From the NCBI GenBank assembly GCA_025363555.1, contig JANYDQ010000157.1, positions 2,247 through 66,246 on the forward strand: DNA of 64,000 nucleotides. The letters are read 5' to 3'. Made by a program: the position numbers and the translations under genes. Position 1 is the first letter of the stretch, and every line of letters starts with the position of its first letter. The stretch comes from Bacteroidota bacterium. Lineage in GTDB: Bacteria > Bacteroidota > Bacteroidia > 2-12-FULL-35-15. The notes beneath the pieces were generated by a model. It was given only the letters and a program-made list of their open reading frames with translations, did not search any database and had not been told where the DNA came from. This document shows, piece by piece, positions 48,462-59,068 of this stretch.

Positions 48462-50072
48462 ATGAAAACCTATCATTTATATTTATTATCTATACTAAGT
48501 GGTTTATTGCTTGCTTATGGGTGGTTCCCCGATGGCATGGCTCCGTTGCTTTTTTTCGCCTTTGTTCCATTACTTATTGTTGAACAAACTTTATTTAACC
48601 AGGAGATTAAATATAAATCGCTCACTCTTTTTGGTTGCAGTTTCCTTGCCTTTTTCATTTGGAATGTTATTACTACTTATTGGGTAAAAAATGCCTCATT
48701 GGGGGGAGGTGTAATGGCAATGGGTGCAAATACTTTATTAATGACTTTTGTCTTTATGTTATTTCATAAAGTAAAAAAACGTGTTGGACAAAAATGGGGA
48801 AGTGTTATTTTTATTTGTTTCTGGATAACGTTCGAATTCATGCACCTTCGCTGGGATTTATCATGGCCCTGGCTTACTCTCGGAAATGGATTTGCAAATA
48901 ACAATAGTTGGATTCAATGGTATGAATATACGGGAGTATTTGGTGGGAGTATATGGATACTTCTTACAAATTGTTTAATCTCATCTTTCTTTACAAGTCA
49001 GGAATCGGGAAAAAGAAACAGAACAATCATTTCTATTATTTCTCTTCTTGTTCTTCCAATTATTATTTCATTACTAATAAAAGTAAAATATGAAAGTGCT
49101 GATTTATTAACTGATAAAAATGCGTACCAAAAAGTGGTGGCAGTACAGCCTAATATTGATCCGTATAATGAAAAGTTTACTGGTTCCTACACCGACCAAT
49201 TATATACAATGCTTCGATTAGCTGAAGAAAAAACAGATTCTACAACTGATTATTTATTATTTCCGGAAACAGCTTTACAGGAAAATATATGGGAAGATAA
49301 ATTATCCCAAAGCCAAAGTTTAAGTGTACTAAAACAATTTTTAAAACAGTTTCCTAAACTTAAAATTATTATAGGAGCTGCTACAGCCAAATTGTATAAA
49401 CAAGGCGAAACGCCTTCAATCACTGCACGTAAATATATTGATAAGGTTTCTTATTATGATGATTTTAATACCGCATTCCAGTTGGATAGCAGTAAACGAA
49501 TTCAAATTTATCATAAATCTAAGTTGGTGCCTGGCGTAGAGAAAATGCCATTTCCATTCCTGTTTAAGTACGTTGAAAACTTTGCAATTGAATTAGGAGG
49601 AACAGCAGGAAGTTTAGGTGTTCAGGATGAACGAACCGTTTTTACTTCTCCTGATAATTCTTCGAAAACAGCACCTGTAGTTTGTTATGAAAGTATATAT
49701 GGAGAATATGTTGGTGAGTACATTACCAATGGTGCTCAATTTATTTCCATCATTACCAATGACGGTTGGTGGGGCGATACTCCTGGCTATAAGCAACATT
49801 TAAAATACGGAGCATTGCGGGCAATTGAAACCAGGAGATGGATTGCAAGGTCGGCTAATACGGGTATTTCCTGTTTTATAAATCCATTAGGGGAAATTCA
49901 GCAACCGACAGATTGGTGGGTACCGGCAGTAATTTCCGGGAAAATTCAATTGAAAAGTGAAATTACTTTTTATTCACGTTTTGGAGATTACATTGCCCGT
50001 GCGGCAATGTATATTTCTTTATTATTGGTTATTTATTCGTGGCTGATACGCTTTAGAATAGTTAAAAAATAA
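48462..50072 (+). CDS. lnt: Apolipoprotein N-acyltransferase
   Basis: WPW..LG, VQPNI, FPETA, YHKSKLVPGVE, VCYES, TNDGWWG, RAIE.RR...RSANTGIS; ATG 48462 preferred. Confidence 0.95.
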   Translation: MKTYHLYLLSILSGLLLAYGWFPDGMAPLLFFAFVPLLIVEQTLFNQEIKYKSLTLFGCSFLAFFIWNVITTYWVKNASLGGGVMAMGANTLLMTFVFMLFHKVKKRVGQKWGSVIFICFWITFEFMHLRWDLSWPWLTLGNGFANNNSWIQWYEYTGVFGGSIWILLTNCLISSFFTSQESGKRNRTIISIISLLVLPIIISLLIKVKYESADLLTDKNAYQKVVAVQPNIDPYNEKFTGSYTDQLYTMLRLAEEKTDSTTDYLLFPETALQENIWEDKLSQSQSLSVLKQFLKQFPKLKIIIGAATAKLYKQGETPSITARKYIDKVSYYDDFNTAFQLDSSKRIQIYHKSKLVPGVEKMPFPFLFKYVENFAIELGGTAGSLGVQDERTVFTSPDNSSKTAPVVCYESIYGEYVGEYITNGAQFISIITNDGWWGDTPGYKQHLKYGALRAIETRRWIARSANTGISCFINPLGEIQQPTDWWVPAVISGKIQLKSEITFYSRFGDYIARAAMYISLLLVIYSWLIRFRIVKK

Positions 50073-50109
50073 GTAGTTTTGCAATCATTGAAATCTTAAA
50101 TCTATTATT

Positions 50110-51513
50110 ATGGAAAAATTTGATGTTACCATTATTGGTTCCGGTCCTGGCGGATATGTTGCTGCCATTCGCTGTGCACAGTTAGGAATGAAAACCGCTA
50201 TCATTGAGCGTTACAATACTCTTGGCGGAACGTGCTTAAATGTGGGATGTATTCCTTCAAAAGCATTGCTCGATTCCTCAGAACATTTTCATAATGCTAC
50301 TCATGCTTTTACAGAGCATGGCATTGATGTGAAGGATGTGAAAGTAAATTTGAAACAAATGATTAAACGTAAAAGTGATGTAGTGAAACAAACATGCGAT
50401 GGTATTAATTTCCTTATGAAGAAAAATAAAATCACTGTTTACAACGGGCATGGTTCATTTGTAAATGCAACTACTATTGAGATTGCAGGAAGTGATGGAA
50501 AGAAAACACAAATTGAATCTTCCAAAATAATTATTGCTACCGGTTCAAAACCTTCTTCCTTACCCGGAATTTCAATTGATAAAAAAAGAATAATTACTTC
50601 TACCGAAGCATTGGAATTGACTGAAGTTCCCAAGCATATGATAATAATTGGCGGAGGAGTAATTGGTTTGGAATTAGGGTCTGTATATGCTCGTTTGGGT
50701 GCAAAGATATCTGTAGTGGAATTTACGGGAGGAATAATAAGTACAATGGATGGCTCATTAGGAAAGGAATTGCAGAAATGTTTGAAGAAACTTGGATTCG
50801 AATTTTATTTCAATCATAAAGTAACCGGTGCAACAGCTAAAGGAAAAGAAGTTACCGTAACTGCTGAAAATGATAAAGGAGAAAAGGTTGAATTCAAAGG
50901 AGATTATTGTTTGGTTTCGGTTGGAAGAAAACCATACACCGATAATTTAGGTCTGGACAAAGCAGGGGTAAAGCTTGATAACAGGGGACGAATAGAAACT
51001 AACGAACATTTACAAACTAATATTTCTAATATTTATGCAATAGGTGATGTGGTGAAAGGAGCTATGTTAGCTCATAAAGCAGAGGAAGAAGGAGTATTTG
51101 TTGCCGAAACGATGATGGGGCAAAAACCACATATTAATTATAATTTAATTCCGGGGGTGGTTTATACATGGCCCGAAGTAGCTGCTGTTGGCTTCACCGA
51201 AGAACAATTAAAAGAACAGGAGAAAAAATACAGAGTTGGAAACTTCCCTTTCAAAGCAAGTGGTCGTGCGCGTGCTTCCATGGATACGGATGGATTTGTA
51301 AAAGTATTGGCTGATGAAACTACAGATGAAATTCTTGGTGTACACATGATTGGACCCCGGGCTGCGGATATGATTGCAGAAGCAGTTGTTGCTATGGAAT
51401 ACCGCGCAAGTGCAGAAGACATTTCGCGAATTAGTCATGCTCACCCTACATTTACAGAAGCTATGAAAGAAGCTTGCCTGGATGCAACAGGTAAGAGAGC
51501 GTTGCATATATAA
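50110..51513 (+). CDS. lpdA: Dihydrolipoyl dehydrogenase
   Basis: GSGPGGYVAAIR, GGTCLNVGCIPSK, GGGVIGLE, HAHPT..E. Confidence 0.97.
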   Translation: MEKFDVTIIGSGPGGYVAAIRCAQLGMKTAIIERYNTLGGTCLNVGCIPSKALLDSSEHFHNATHAFTEHGIDVKDVKVNLKQMIKRKSDVVKQTCDGINFLMKKNKITVYNGHGSFVNATTIEIAGSDGKKTQIESSKIIIATGSKPSSLPGISIDKKRIITSTEALELTEVPKHMIIIGGGVIGLELGSVYARLGAKISVVEFTGGIISTMDGSLGKELQKCLKKLGFEFYFNHKVTGATAKGKEVTVTAENDKGEKVEFKGDYCLVSVGRKPYTDNLGLDKAGVKLDNRGRIETNEHLQTNISNIYAIGDVVKGAMLAHKAEEEGVFVAETMMGQKPHINYNLIPGVVYTWPEVAAVGFTEEQLKEQEKKYRVGNFPFKASGRARASMDTDGFVKVLADETTDEILGVHMIGPRAADMIAEAVVAMEYRASAEDISRISHAHPTFTEAMKEACLDATGKRALHI

Positions 51514-51603
51514 TTGTCGAATTAGAAAAATAGAAGAGGAAGGAATTAAAATTTTATTACTCCCGAATTTTCCATTTACTAAATCACTAAATCATTAATT
51601 TTT

Positions 51604-52620
51604 ATGAAAACAGGCGTACTGCTTATCAATCTAGGAACTCCGGATAGTCCGAAGACTTCGGATGTAAGAAAATATTTAACACAATTTCTGAACGACAAAC
51701 GAGTGATTGACATACATCCTGTTGCCCGTTTTATTCTAGTAAATGGCGTTATCGTTCCATTTCGTTCTTCTAAATCCGCCAAACTGTATCAGCATATCTG
51801 GACAAAAGAAGGCTCTCCTCTTTTAATCAACAGCACTAAAATGAAAACCCTTTTGCAAAAAGAATTAGGAGACTCTTGTGTAGTTGAATTAGGTATGCGC
51901 TATCAAAGCCCAAGTCTTGAATCTGCGTTAGATAAATTGCGAATGGTTCAAGTGGATAAAATAATTATTATTCCTTTGTATCCGCAATATGCTTCCTCCA
52001 GCACGGGTTCGTCCATAGAAGAAGCCATAAGAGTAATTCAGAAATGGGAAATTATTCCGTCGGTAAAAATCATTTCCAGGTTTTATGATAACCCTGATTT
52101 TATTGCTGCCTGTAAATCGGTTGCAAAAAAATTTGTTATTGAGGATTACGACTATGTTATTTTTTCTTATCACGGTTTGCCGGTAAGGCATATTATTAAA
52201 GGTTCGGTACATTATGGCGCCAATACCTGCACAATGGGCAGTTGTTGTGATTCAATAAATAATAACAATAAGTATTGTTATCGTGCCAATTGTTTTGAAA
52301 CCAGTCGCCAACTGGTAAAGCAATTACAAATCCCCGAAGGGAAATATGAAACCACTTTTCAATCCCGGCTGGACGATAAGTGGATAAAGCCATACAGCGA
52401 TAAAGTAATTGAAAAAAAAGCAAAGGAAGGGATAAAGAAAATACTTATTTTTTCTCCTGCATTTGTTGCGGACTGTTTAGAAACTCTTTATGAAATAGGA
52501 ACTGAATACAATGAGTTATTTAAAAAACACGGAGGAGAAAAAATTCAGCTGGTAGAAAGTTTAAATGATAATTCTGAATGGATAGAGGCTTTAAAGAAAA
52601 TGGTTTTATCCCATTCATAG
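51604..52620 (+). CDS. hemH: Ferrochelatase
   Basis: LLINLGTP, GSPL, GMRY..P, PLYPQY, FSYHGLP, FQSR, P.FVADCLETL.EI. Confidence 0.96.
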   Translation: MKTGVLLINLGTPDSPKTSDVRKYLTQFLNDKRVIDIHPVARFILVNGVIVPFRSSKSAKLYQHIWTKEGSPLLINSTKMKTLLQKELGDSCVVELGMRYQSPSLESALDKLRMVQVDKIIIIPLYPQYASSSTGSSIEEAIRVIQKWEIIPSVKIISRFYDNPDFIAACKSVAKKFVIEDYDYVIFSYHGLPVRHIIKGSVHYGANTCTMGSCCDSINNNNKYCYRANCFETSRQLVKQLQIPEGKYETTFQSRLDDKWIKPYSDKVIEKKAKEGIKKILIFSPAFVADCLETLYEIGTEYNELFKKHGGEKIQLVESLNDNSEWIEALKKMVLSHS

Positions 52621-52622
52621 TT

Positions 52623-54893
52623 TTATTGCTTCACTAATTTCACACTATAGATTTTTGCATTTGTTGCCATCCTTATAAAATATAACCCATTGGAAAACTT
52701 ACTTAAATTAATTGTGTGTTTTCTTTTTCCCCTCACATTTTCTATGCGTTCGCTATACACCAGTTTTCCCTGGGCATCCAGTATTTTTAATAACGAAGGC
52801 GCATCATCATAAACCTGATAAAAAATATCTGTGGAATTGTTTGCAGGATTGGGAACCACACTGAATGCATTACTTTCATCAGCAATTGTAACAGGCACCA
52901 CATTCGAATATTGAAACATTCCGTTAAAATCTGTTTGCTTTAAGCGGTAATAATAAGTACCTGTTTTTACATTTGCATCATTTAAAAAATAGGAAAGCAG
53001 AGTAGTACTATTACCTCCAGGCGCGCTGCTTGGAACCAACCCAATCAAGGAATAATTTATTCCATCAGTAGTTCGTTCAATCGTAAAATAATTATTATTG
53101 GTTTCCGTTGCTGTGCTCCATTTTGTATCCACCGATTTACCATTATACAAAGCATCGAAATTTAATAACTCAATTGGCAGCGGGCAGTCAGCAATGGTAA
53201 AAGTAAAAGTAGCCGTTTGAGCAACTCCGCAGGCATCAGTAACTGTACTGGTATAACTATAAGTTCCGTTCGAACTTTGGTTTACAGTCAGGGTATTGGT
53301 GGTAGCACTTCCGGGAGACCAGAAATAAGTGTATGCAGGAACTCCATACAATGCAGCAGGGTTTAGCGTACTGTTGATGCTGCAACTTCCTGTTATGGAG
53401 GAGGAGCCACTGCCCGAACTATTTCCGAGTACCTCCAAAGTATGGCCCTGAACACTTACTGTCCATGTGCTGTTGGTAATAAAAAAATTAGTGGTTGAAC
53501 AGGCAGCAGAGCCATACCCGCAATCAATTGTTTTAATTTGAAATGGAACTACAGTGGCTGCACAGCTCGGATTTAAACAGGTTACCAACCACGGGGCATT
53601 GAACCCTGAACCGATACAGTCTCCCGAAGTATTGACATTACAGGAATACCAGTTGTCCATACTTACGGGGTCCTCTCCGCACGGACCCACCATTCTGAAT
53701 CCACCAAATCTTCTTTGCCTTCCTGCGTTTGCGTGATAACTTGCCCCCCAGATAGCATTGGTTGCGGTGCATTGTCCAGGTAAGGTTACATTTAAAGCAC
53801 CACCCACACAAGGTGTAGTGGAACTGCCACAAAATCCGTCCCCTGCTGTATAGGCGGTAAACCCTATATTTCCTGCATTCCAGGTTGCATTGCCACTCAC
53901 CAGCGGGTCTACGGTAACTGGATAAACTCTTGATGAATCCAGCAGCCAACTTACATCTACAAGGGTTCGAATAGTATATACGTTTCCGTTTTTAATTAAC
54001 TGGTAAGCACCGTCAGAATATTCGGGACTGCTTTGGTTATTATCAAACACCGTTATCGGGTTCCACCTTGCCACCTCTCCGCTAGCCAATTTTACCACCA
54101 CTAACGAACCTCTAAAACATCCTTCTATTCCCGCTGCCCCCACACTATCCTTTATTATGGTGTATTCGTTAGGGAGTGTTACCTCATCGCAAAATGCTAA
54201 CCACCCGCTGAAAGAAGGCAAAGAAGGACGTCTAGTTAAAATAAAATTTGTTTCAATAGAATTAACATCAAAAAGAATTTCCCTGTCTATTCCATGCCAG
54301 GCATCTGAAGTAAAACTCCCGTTAGTTCCAGCGGAGCTATTTGATAAATTGCTATTTCCAAACAGATGAATAACAGTATTATCTACCAGTTGAGAAACGG
54401 AGGTATGTAAATTAAAAACCAGTTTTAAATCGGGAAGCTCTATAGAAGTGCTTCCGGTATTCATGTTGAGGGTTTTTGGTTCTGCCAAGTTTTTAGTTTC
54501 ATATACTCCCGGCAAGGACGAAGCTTTTAAATCAGGGTTCATTGCTCTCATCCAACCTTTTTCATCTTTATAATTAAGATTTTCATAACCAGCCTGACAG
54601 AAAAATTCTTTTCCGTTCGAGCCATTTTTTACATAATATCGGGACTTCAACGTCCTTTTTTCGAGCAGTTCTATGCAATCCGAGCATGGTGAATCTTCGG
54701 GCAGTATTCCAAAATCAGGATGTTCGCGAAAGGCGGAAGCGGTGAGTTGAATTAATTCAGGGGTAATATTTTTAGTGCCGGGAGCAGAAAAGGAGCTTAC
54801 ATTTCTTGTTACGCCTTTCATTTGACCACCGCCCTGGGAAAAACAAACCAACGAAAAACAATAAAAAACAGCTAACCCGACTGACCTTTTCAT
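52623..54893 (-). CDS. T9SS type A CTD-containing secreted protein, Cys-rich central domain
   Basis: Signal peptide; R.YPV.VDP; PLPIELLNF...W.TATE.NN.YF.IER...YYRLKQTDF.G domain; VVPNPA tail; TAACTTTG promoter element at 54973-54980. Confidence 0.83.
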   Translation of the reverse strand: MKRSVGLAVFYCFSLVCFSQGGGQMKGVTRNVSSFSAPGTKNITPELIQLTASAFREHPDFGILPEDSPCSDCIELLEKRTLKSRYYVKNGSNGKEFFCQAGYENLNYKDEKGWMRAMNPDLKASSLPGVYETKNLAEPKTLNMNTGSTSIELPDLKLVFNLHTSVSQLVDNTVIHLFGNSNLSNSSAGTNGSFTSDAWHGIDREILFDVNSIETNFILTRRPSLPSFSGWLAFCDEVTLPNEYTIIKDSVGAAGIEGCFRGSLVVVKLASGEVARWNPITVFDNNQSSPEYSDGAYQLIKNGNVYTIRTLVDVSWLLDSSRVYPVTVDPLVSGNATWNAGNIGFTAYTAGDGFCGSSTTPCVGGALNVTLPGQCTATNAIWGASYHANAGRQRRFGGFRMVGPCGEDPVSMDNWYSCNVNTSGDCIGSGFNAPWLVTCLNPSCAATVVPFQIKTIDCGYGSAACSTTNFFITNSTWTVSVQGHTLEVLGNSSGSGSSSITGSCSINSTLNPAALYGVPAYTYFWSPGSATTNTLTVNQSSNGTYSYTSTVTDACGVAQTATFTFTIADCPLPIELLNFDALYNGKSVDTKWSTATETNNNYFTIERTTDGINYSLIGLVPSSAPGGNSTTLLSYFLNDANVKTGTYYYRLKQTDFNGMFQYSNVVPVTIADESNAFSVVPNPANNSTDIFYQVYDDAPSLLKILDAQGKLVYSERIENVRGKRKHTINLSKFSNGLYFIRMATNAKIYSVKLVKQ

Positions 54894-55163
54894 GTGGTTC
54901 TTTTTTGTTTGTTATTTGTTTTGTTAAATGAAAGAAGCGAACCGTAATCGTTAATTTCAATTTTAGTTTATACAAAGTTAAGAAATATTATTTAATAAAA
55001 ACGGAAGGAAATAAAAGAGAGAACTAAACAGTCAGCAAGGTTTTGCTGTAAAAATGTGCCCTGAATTCACAAATTTACTATCGGAAAGCAAATTTTAAGG
55101 GTTCGCAAATATTTGTATGGTAATTAATTGTAACTTTGTATTGAATTTCAAGTTGATAACAAA

Positions 55164-55970
55164 ATGAAAACATTTTTATTATTCTCACTCCTTTTTTTGT
55201 TTTCCGTGAATGCCGCTTGGGCAGGCACTTTGGTGCTGGAAGGCAAATATCAAAACCAGAATTTATATGTGATAAATGGTGTGATGGACAATGGTGTCGG
55301 CTTTTGTACATATCAAGTTTCTATTAACGGCAGGGTTTCTACAGATGAGGTAAATTCGAGTTCATTTGAAATTGATTTTTCGCAGTTTGATATTAAACCG
55401 GGTTCCCACGTGGTGGTAAAAATAGAGCACAAGGATGATTGTAGTCCTAAAGTGATTAATCCGGAGGTGTTGCAGCCACATGCTACTTTTGAGGTGGTGG
55501 ATATTAATATTGACCGTGTTGGGATTTTAAACTGGACTACTAAGAATGAAATGGGTTCTCTCCCTTATATTGTGGAGCAATATAGGTGGCACAAATGGAT
55601 TGAAATTGGGGAGGTGAACGGAAAAGGGAATATGGGAAAAAATGTGTATTTGTATAAAGCAGTGATGCATTCTGGAGAAAACAAATTTCGTGTTCGGCAG
55701 ATAGGTTATGGTGATGTTTCAAAAAAATCGAGTACGGTTTCTGTTATTTCCAGTATTCCTGAACCTACTTATGTGATGGGTAAAGACACGAGAAACATTA
55801 TTTTTTCGGCTGAAACACTTTATGAGGTGTATGATGCTTACGGAAAAGTGTTGAAGCGGGGATATGGAAAAAATGTGGTTATTTCTAATCTGGTAAGAGG
55901 AAATTATTATTTGTGTTATGATAACGTGATAACGGAATTTAAGAAAAAAAGCAAGCCTTTTTGCGATTAA
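55164..55970 (+). CDS. Exported hypothetical protein with Ig-like beta domains
   Basis: Signal peptide; beta-rich; degenerate CTD-like end (YEVYDAYGK...GNYYL); TAACTTTG at 55131-55138. Confidence 0.7.
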   Translation: MKTFLLFSLLFLFSVNAAWAGTLVLEGKYQNQNLYVINGVMDNGVGFCTYQVSINGRVSTDEVNSSSFEIDFSQFDIKPGSHVVVKIEHKDDCSPKVINPEVLQPHATFEVVDINIDRVGILNWTTKNEMGSLPYIVEQYRWHKWIEIGEVNGKGNMGKNVYLYKAVMHSGENKFRVRQIGYGDVSKKSSTVSVISSIPEPTYVMGKDTRNIIFSAETLYEVYDAYGKVLKRGYGKNVVISNLVRGNYYLCYDNVITEFKKKSKPFCD

Positions 55971-56013
55971 ACTCGGGAAACTAAAATCTAAAGCACTTTA
56001 TAAAAAGGAAATA

Positions 56014-57213
56014 CTACTTAATTCTGCCGGGATAAACTTTGAGGGCATTTTCTAAACAGACCATTGCTTTTTGTAAAGATTCTTTGTTTAAAACATACGC
56101 CAGGCGTACTTCATTTAATCCGGACCCGGGTGTTGAATAAAAGCCGGTAGCGGGAGCTAACATTACTGTTTCCCCATTAAAATCAAAAGATTCTAACAGC
56201 CATTGACAAAATTTATCGGAGTTGTCTATAGGTAAGCGAGCGATGCAGTAAAACGCTCCGCTTGGCTTAGGACAAAATACACCTTCCATTTTATTTAATG
56301 TTTGAATCACAAAATTTCTGCGTTCTACGTATTCTTTTTGGACTTTATCAAAATATTCTTTGGGGGTATCGAGGGCAGCTTCTGCGCCTATTTGCCCGAA
56401 AGTAGGAGGACTTAAGCGCGCCTGTGCAAATTTTAATGCAGTAATCATCACTTCTTTGTTTTTGGAAATTAATGCCCCGATTCGTGCACCACAGGCGCTG
56501 TACCGTTTGGAGATGGAATCTAAAAGAATAATATTGTTATCAATATCTTTCAGGTGCATTACGGAAACATATTCTTTACCGTCATAACAAAACTCACGGT
56601 ATACTTCATCACTCAATAAAAACAAATCATACTTTAAAACGAGTTGTTTCAGCAGTTCCAGTTCCTGGCGCGAATAAAGATAACCGGTGGGATTTCCGGG
56701 ATTACAAATCATAATGCCTTTTGTTTTTGGGGTAATTAATTTTTCGAACTCCTGAATAGGTGGTAATGAAAAACCTGTTTCAATAGTAGATTTCACGGGT
56801 TTAACAATAACATCGGCAGCACACGAAAAACCATTGTAATTAGCATAAAATGGTTCGGGAATAATAATTTCATCACCTGCATTAAAGCATGTCATCATTG
56901 CAATTTCAATTGCTTCGGAACCACCTGTGGTTATCATTATATCTGTCCAGTCAATATTTATGTGAAAGCCATTATAATATTTCGCCAGTTTTTTGCGGTA
57001 TGATTCAATTCCTGCCGAATGAGAATATTCCAATATTTTGATGTTTGAATTTTTTACGGCATCGAGCAAAGTGGAAGGGGTTTCTATATCCGGTTGACCA
57101 ATATTAAGATGGTATATTTTTTTTCCTTCTTTTTTGGCGGTTTCTGCAAAAGGCACCAGTTTGCGTATTGGCGATGCAGGCATTGTTTTTCCTTTGATAG
57201 ATACTAGTGGCAT
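56014..57213 (-). CDS. Pyridoxal phosphate-dependent aminotransferase, class I/II (AspC-like)
   Basis: LNIGQPD, TTGGSEA, CNPGNPTG, DEVY, DSISKRYSACGARIG; start moved to ATG 57213. Confidence 0.93.
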   Translation of the reverse strand: MPLVSIKGKTMPASPIRKLVPFAETAKKEGKKIYHLNIGQPDIETPSTLLDAVKNSNIKILEYSHSAGIESYRKKLAKYYNGFHINIDWTDIMITTGGSEAIEIAMMTCFNAGDEIIIPEPFYANYNGFSCAADVIVKPVKSTIETGFSLPPIQEFEKLITPKTKGIMICNPGNPTGYLYSRQELELLKQLVLKYDLFLLSDEVYREFCYDGKEYVSVMHLKDIDNNIILLDSISKRYSACGARIGALISKNKEVMITALKFAQARLSPPTFGQIGAEAALDTPKEYFDKVQKEYVERRNFVIQTLNKMEGVFCPKPSGAFYCIARLPIDNSDKFCQWLLESFDFNGETVMLAPATGFYSTPGSGLNEVRLAYVLNKESLQKAMVCLENALKVYPGRIK

Positions 57214-57467
57214 TGTATTTATTTTTTTAAAAGTGTGCAAAGTTAGTATTTAGTGGCGACAGAAGTTTCTTTTAAATAAATAAAAGTTGTAAAACGTCCA
57301 ATGGGACTAGCTATTTATAAAATAATTCCCAATCACTCCTCAAAATCATACAAGGATTAATATACAAAATTATTATAGGGCTTCGTACACCTTTGTTTAT
57401 GAACCCCTTGAATAAATGAACGAATGAACCAAAGGAATGAACCAATTTTATTTCTACATTTGCGTCC

Positions 57468-58910
57468 ATGCAAAACCCAAAAATAGTTCTGCTTTCTTTT
57501 TTCGTTTCTCTTTTTGTATTCCGTGTACCTGCGCAACAGGCGGCTGGTGGCAAAACCTGGTTACTGGAAGAGTGTATTGATTACGCAATAAAAAATAATA
57601 TTTCCGTAAAGCAGTCGGAGTTAAACACTGATTTGGCACAGGTAAATTTGACCCAAAGCGAAGCTAATTTGCTTCCCAATTTGAATGGAAATGGTTCCCA
57701 TAGTTATAATTACGGACGAACGATTGACCGATTTACCAACCAGTTTGCCACCCAGCAGGTGCTATCCCAAAACCTTTCTTTGAGCAGTGATATTAACTTG
57801 TTTAGCGGTTTGCAAAACCTGAATACAATTAAGGAATATAAATATAGTTTTCTGGCAGGAAAGTACGATATTGATAAGATGAAAAACGATATTTCGCTGA
57901 ATGTGGCGAGTGATTATTTGCAGATTTTATATAACATGGAAGCGCTTGAAAATTCGATGAACCAAAAAAAAATAACCGAAGCGCAGGCAGACAGAACAAA
58001 AATGCTGGTGGATGCCGGTTCGGCTGCAAGGGGCACGCTGCTGGACATACAGGCGCAGCTTGCTTCGGAAGAACTGAACGTAACCACAGCACAAAACAAT
58101 CTGGACATTTCTTATTTAACACTTGCCCAACTGCTCAACCTGCAGTCGGCAGAGGGGTTTGTAATTGTGAAACCCGAACTGTCAGTGGCTAATGAAGCAT
58201 TACTTACTACCACCCCGGCACAAATTTATAATTCGGCAGTTACTAATTTGCCGGAAATAAAAAGTGCTGATAATAAAGTAAAAAGTGCGGATAAGGCGGT
58301 GGATGTGGCATGGGGTGGGTTGAGCCCTAAGTTGTCGTTCAGCGCATCATACGGAACCGGGTATTCTGGGGCAGCACTACAGGCGGTGGGTGCGCCTGTT
58401 TTCAACGGGTTTACGCCCATCGGTTTTACTTCCCTGGGCGATACAGTCTATTCTCCGTCTTATTCCAGCCCCAAATATGAAAAGGTTCCCCTCTCAGACC
58501 AGTATAAAAATAATGTGAATAAGTCGTTTGGGTTTTATTTAACGGTTCCTATCTTTAATCGTTTTCAAACCAAAACGGCTATTGACCGCGCCAAAATTCA
58601 AAAACAAAGTGCTGAACTTACTGTTGAATTAACAAAGCTAACGATTCAGAAAAATATTCAGCAGGCTTATTCTGATGCAAATGCTGCATTAAAAAAATAT
58701 GCTTCATCCCAAAAAGCTTTGGAAGCGGTGCAGGAATCTTTTAAATATACTGAGCAGAAATTTAATGTGGGCATGGTAAATACCAATGATTTTAATACAG
58801 CAAAAAATAAATTGATTACCACACAAAGCCAGGTGTTGCAGGCAAAGTATGAGTTTGTGTTTAAAACCAAGGTGCTTGATTTTTACCAAGGAAAACCATT
58901 GAAATTGTAA
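57468..58910 (+). CDS. TolC-family outer membrane protein
   Basis: W.LEECI.YA..NN, LLPNL, duplicated OEP repeats, VPIFNRF, LDFYQG end. Confidence 0.92.
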   Translation: MQNPKIVLLSFFVSLFVFRVPAQQAAGGKTWLLEECIDYAIKNNISVKQSELNTDLAQVNLTQSEANLLPNLNGNGSHSYNYGRTIDRFTNQFATQQVLSQNLSLSSDINLFSGLQNLNTIKEYKYSFLAGKYDIDKMKNDISLNVASDYLQILYNMEALENSMNQKKITEAQADRTKMLVDAGSAARGTLLDIQAQLASEELNVTTAQNNLDISYLTLAQLLNLQSAEGFVIVKPELSVANEALLTTTPAQIYNSAVTNLPEIKSADNKVKSADKAVDVAWGGLSPKLSFSASYGTGYSGAALQAVGAPVFNGFTPIGFTSLGDTVYSPSYSSPKYEKVPLSDQYKNNVNKSFGFYLTVPIFNRFQTKTAIDRAKIQKQSAELTVELTKLTIQKNIQQAYSDANAALKKYASSQKALEAVQESFKYTEQKFNVGMVNTNDFNTAKNKLITTQSQVLQAKYEFVFKTKVLDFYQGKPLKL

Positions 58911-58912
58911 AT

Positions 58913-59057
58913 CACCTCACCCCTTAATCCCCTGACCTGGGAGCGGGAACTATAGGTGAGTTAGAGAAAAAATAAAGAATTGAATAATATATAAATAAAT
59001 AAAGTGCTTCCGGCTCCGTCCCTCTTCTCCTTCGAAGAGGGACCGGGGGGTGAGGTG
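58913..59057. repeat. REP/MITE-like palindromic element with 11-bp terminal inverted repeats
   Basis: CACCTCACCCC (58913-58923) and GGGGTGAGGTG (59047-59057); internal hairpin GTCCCTCTTC...GAAGAGGGAC; GC-rich arms around an AT-rich core. Confidence 0.75.
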
Positions 59058-59068
59058 TTACACTAATC

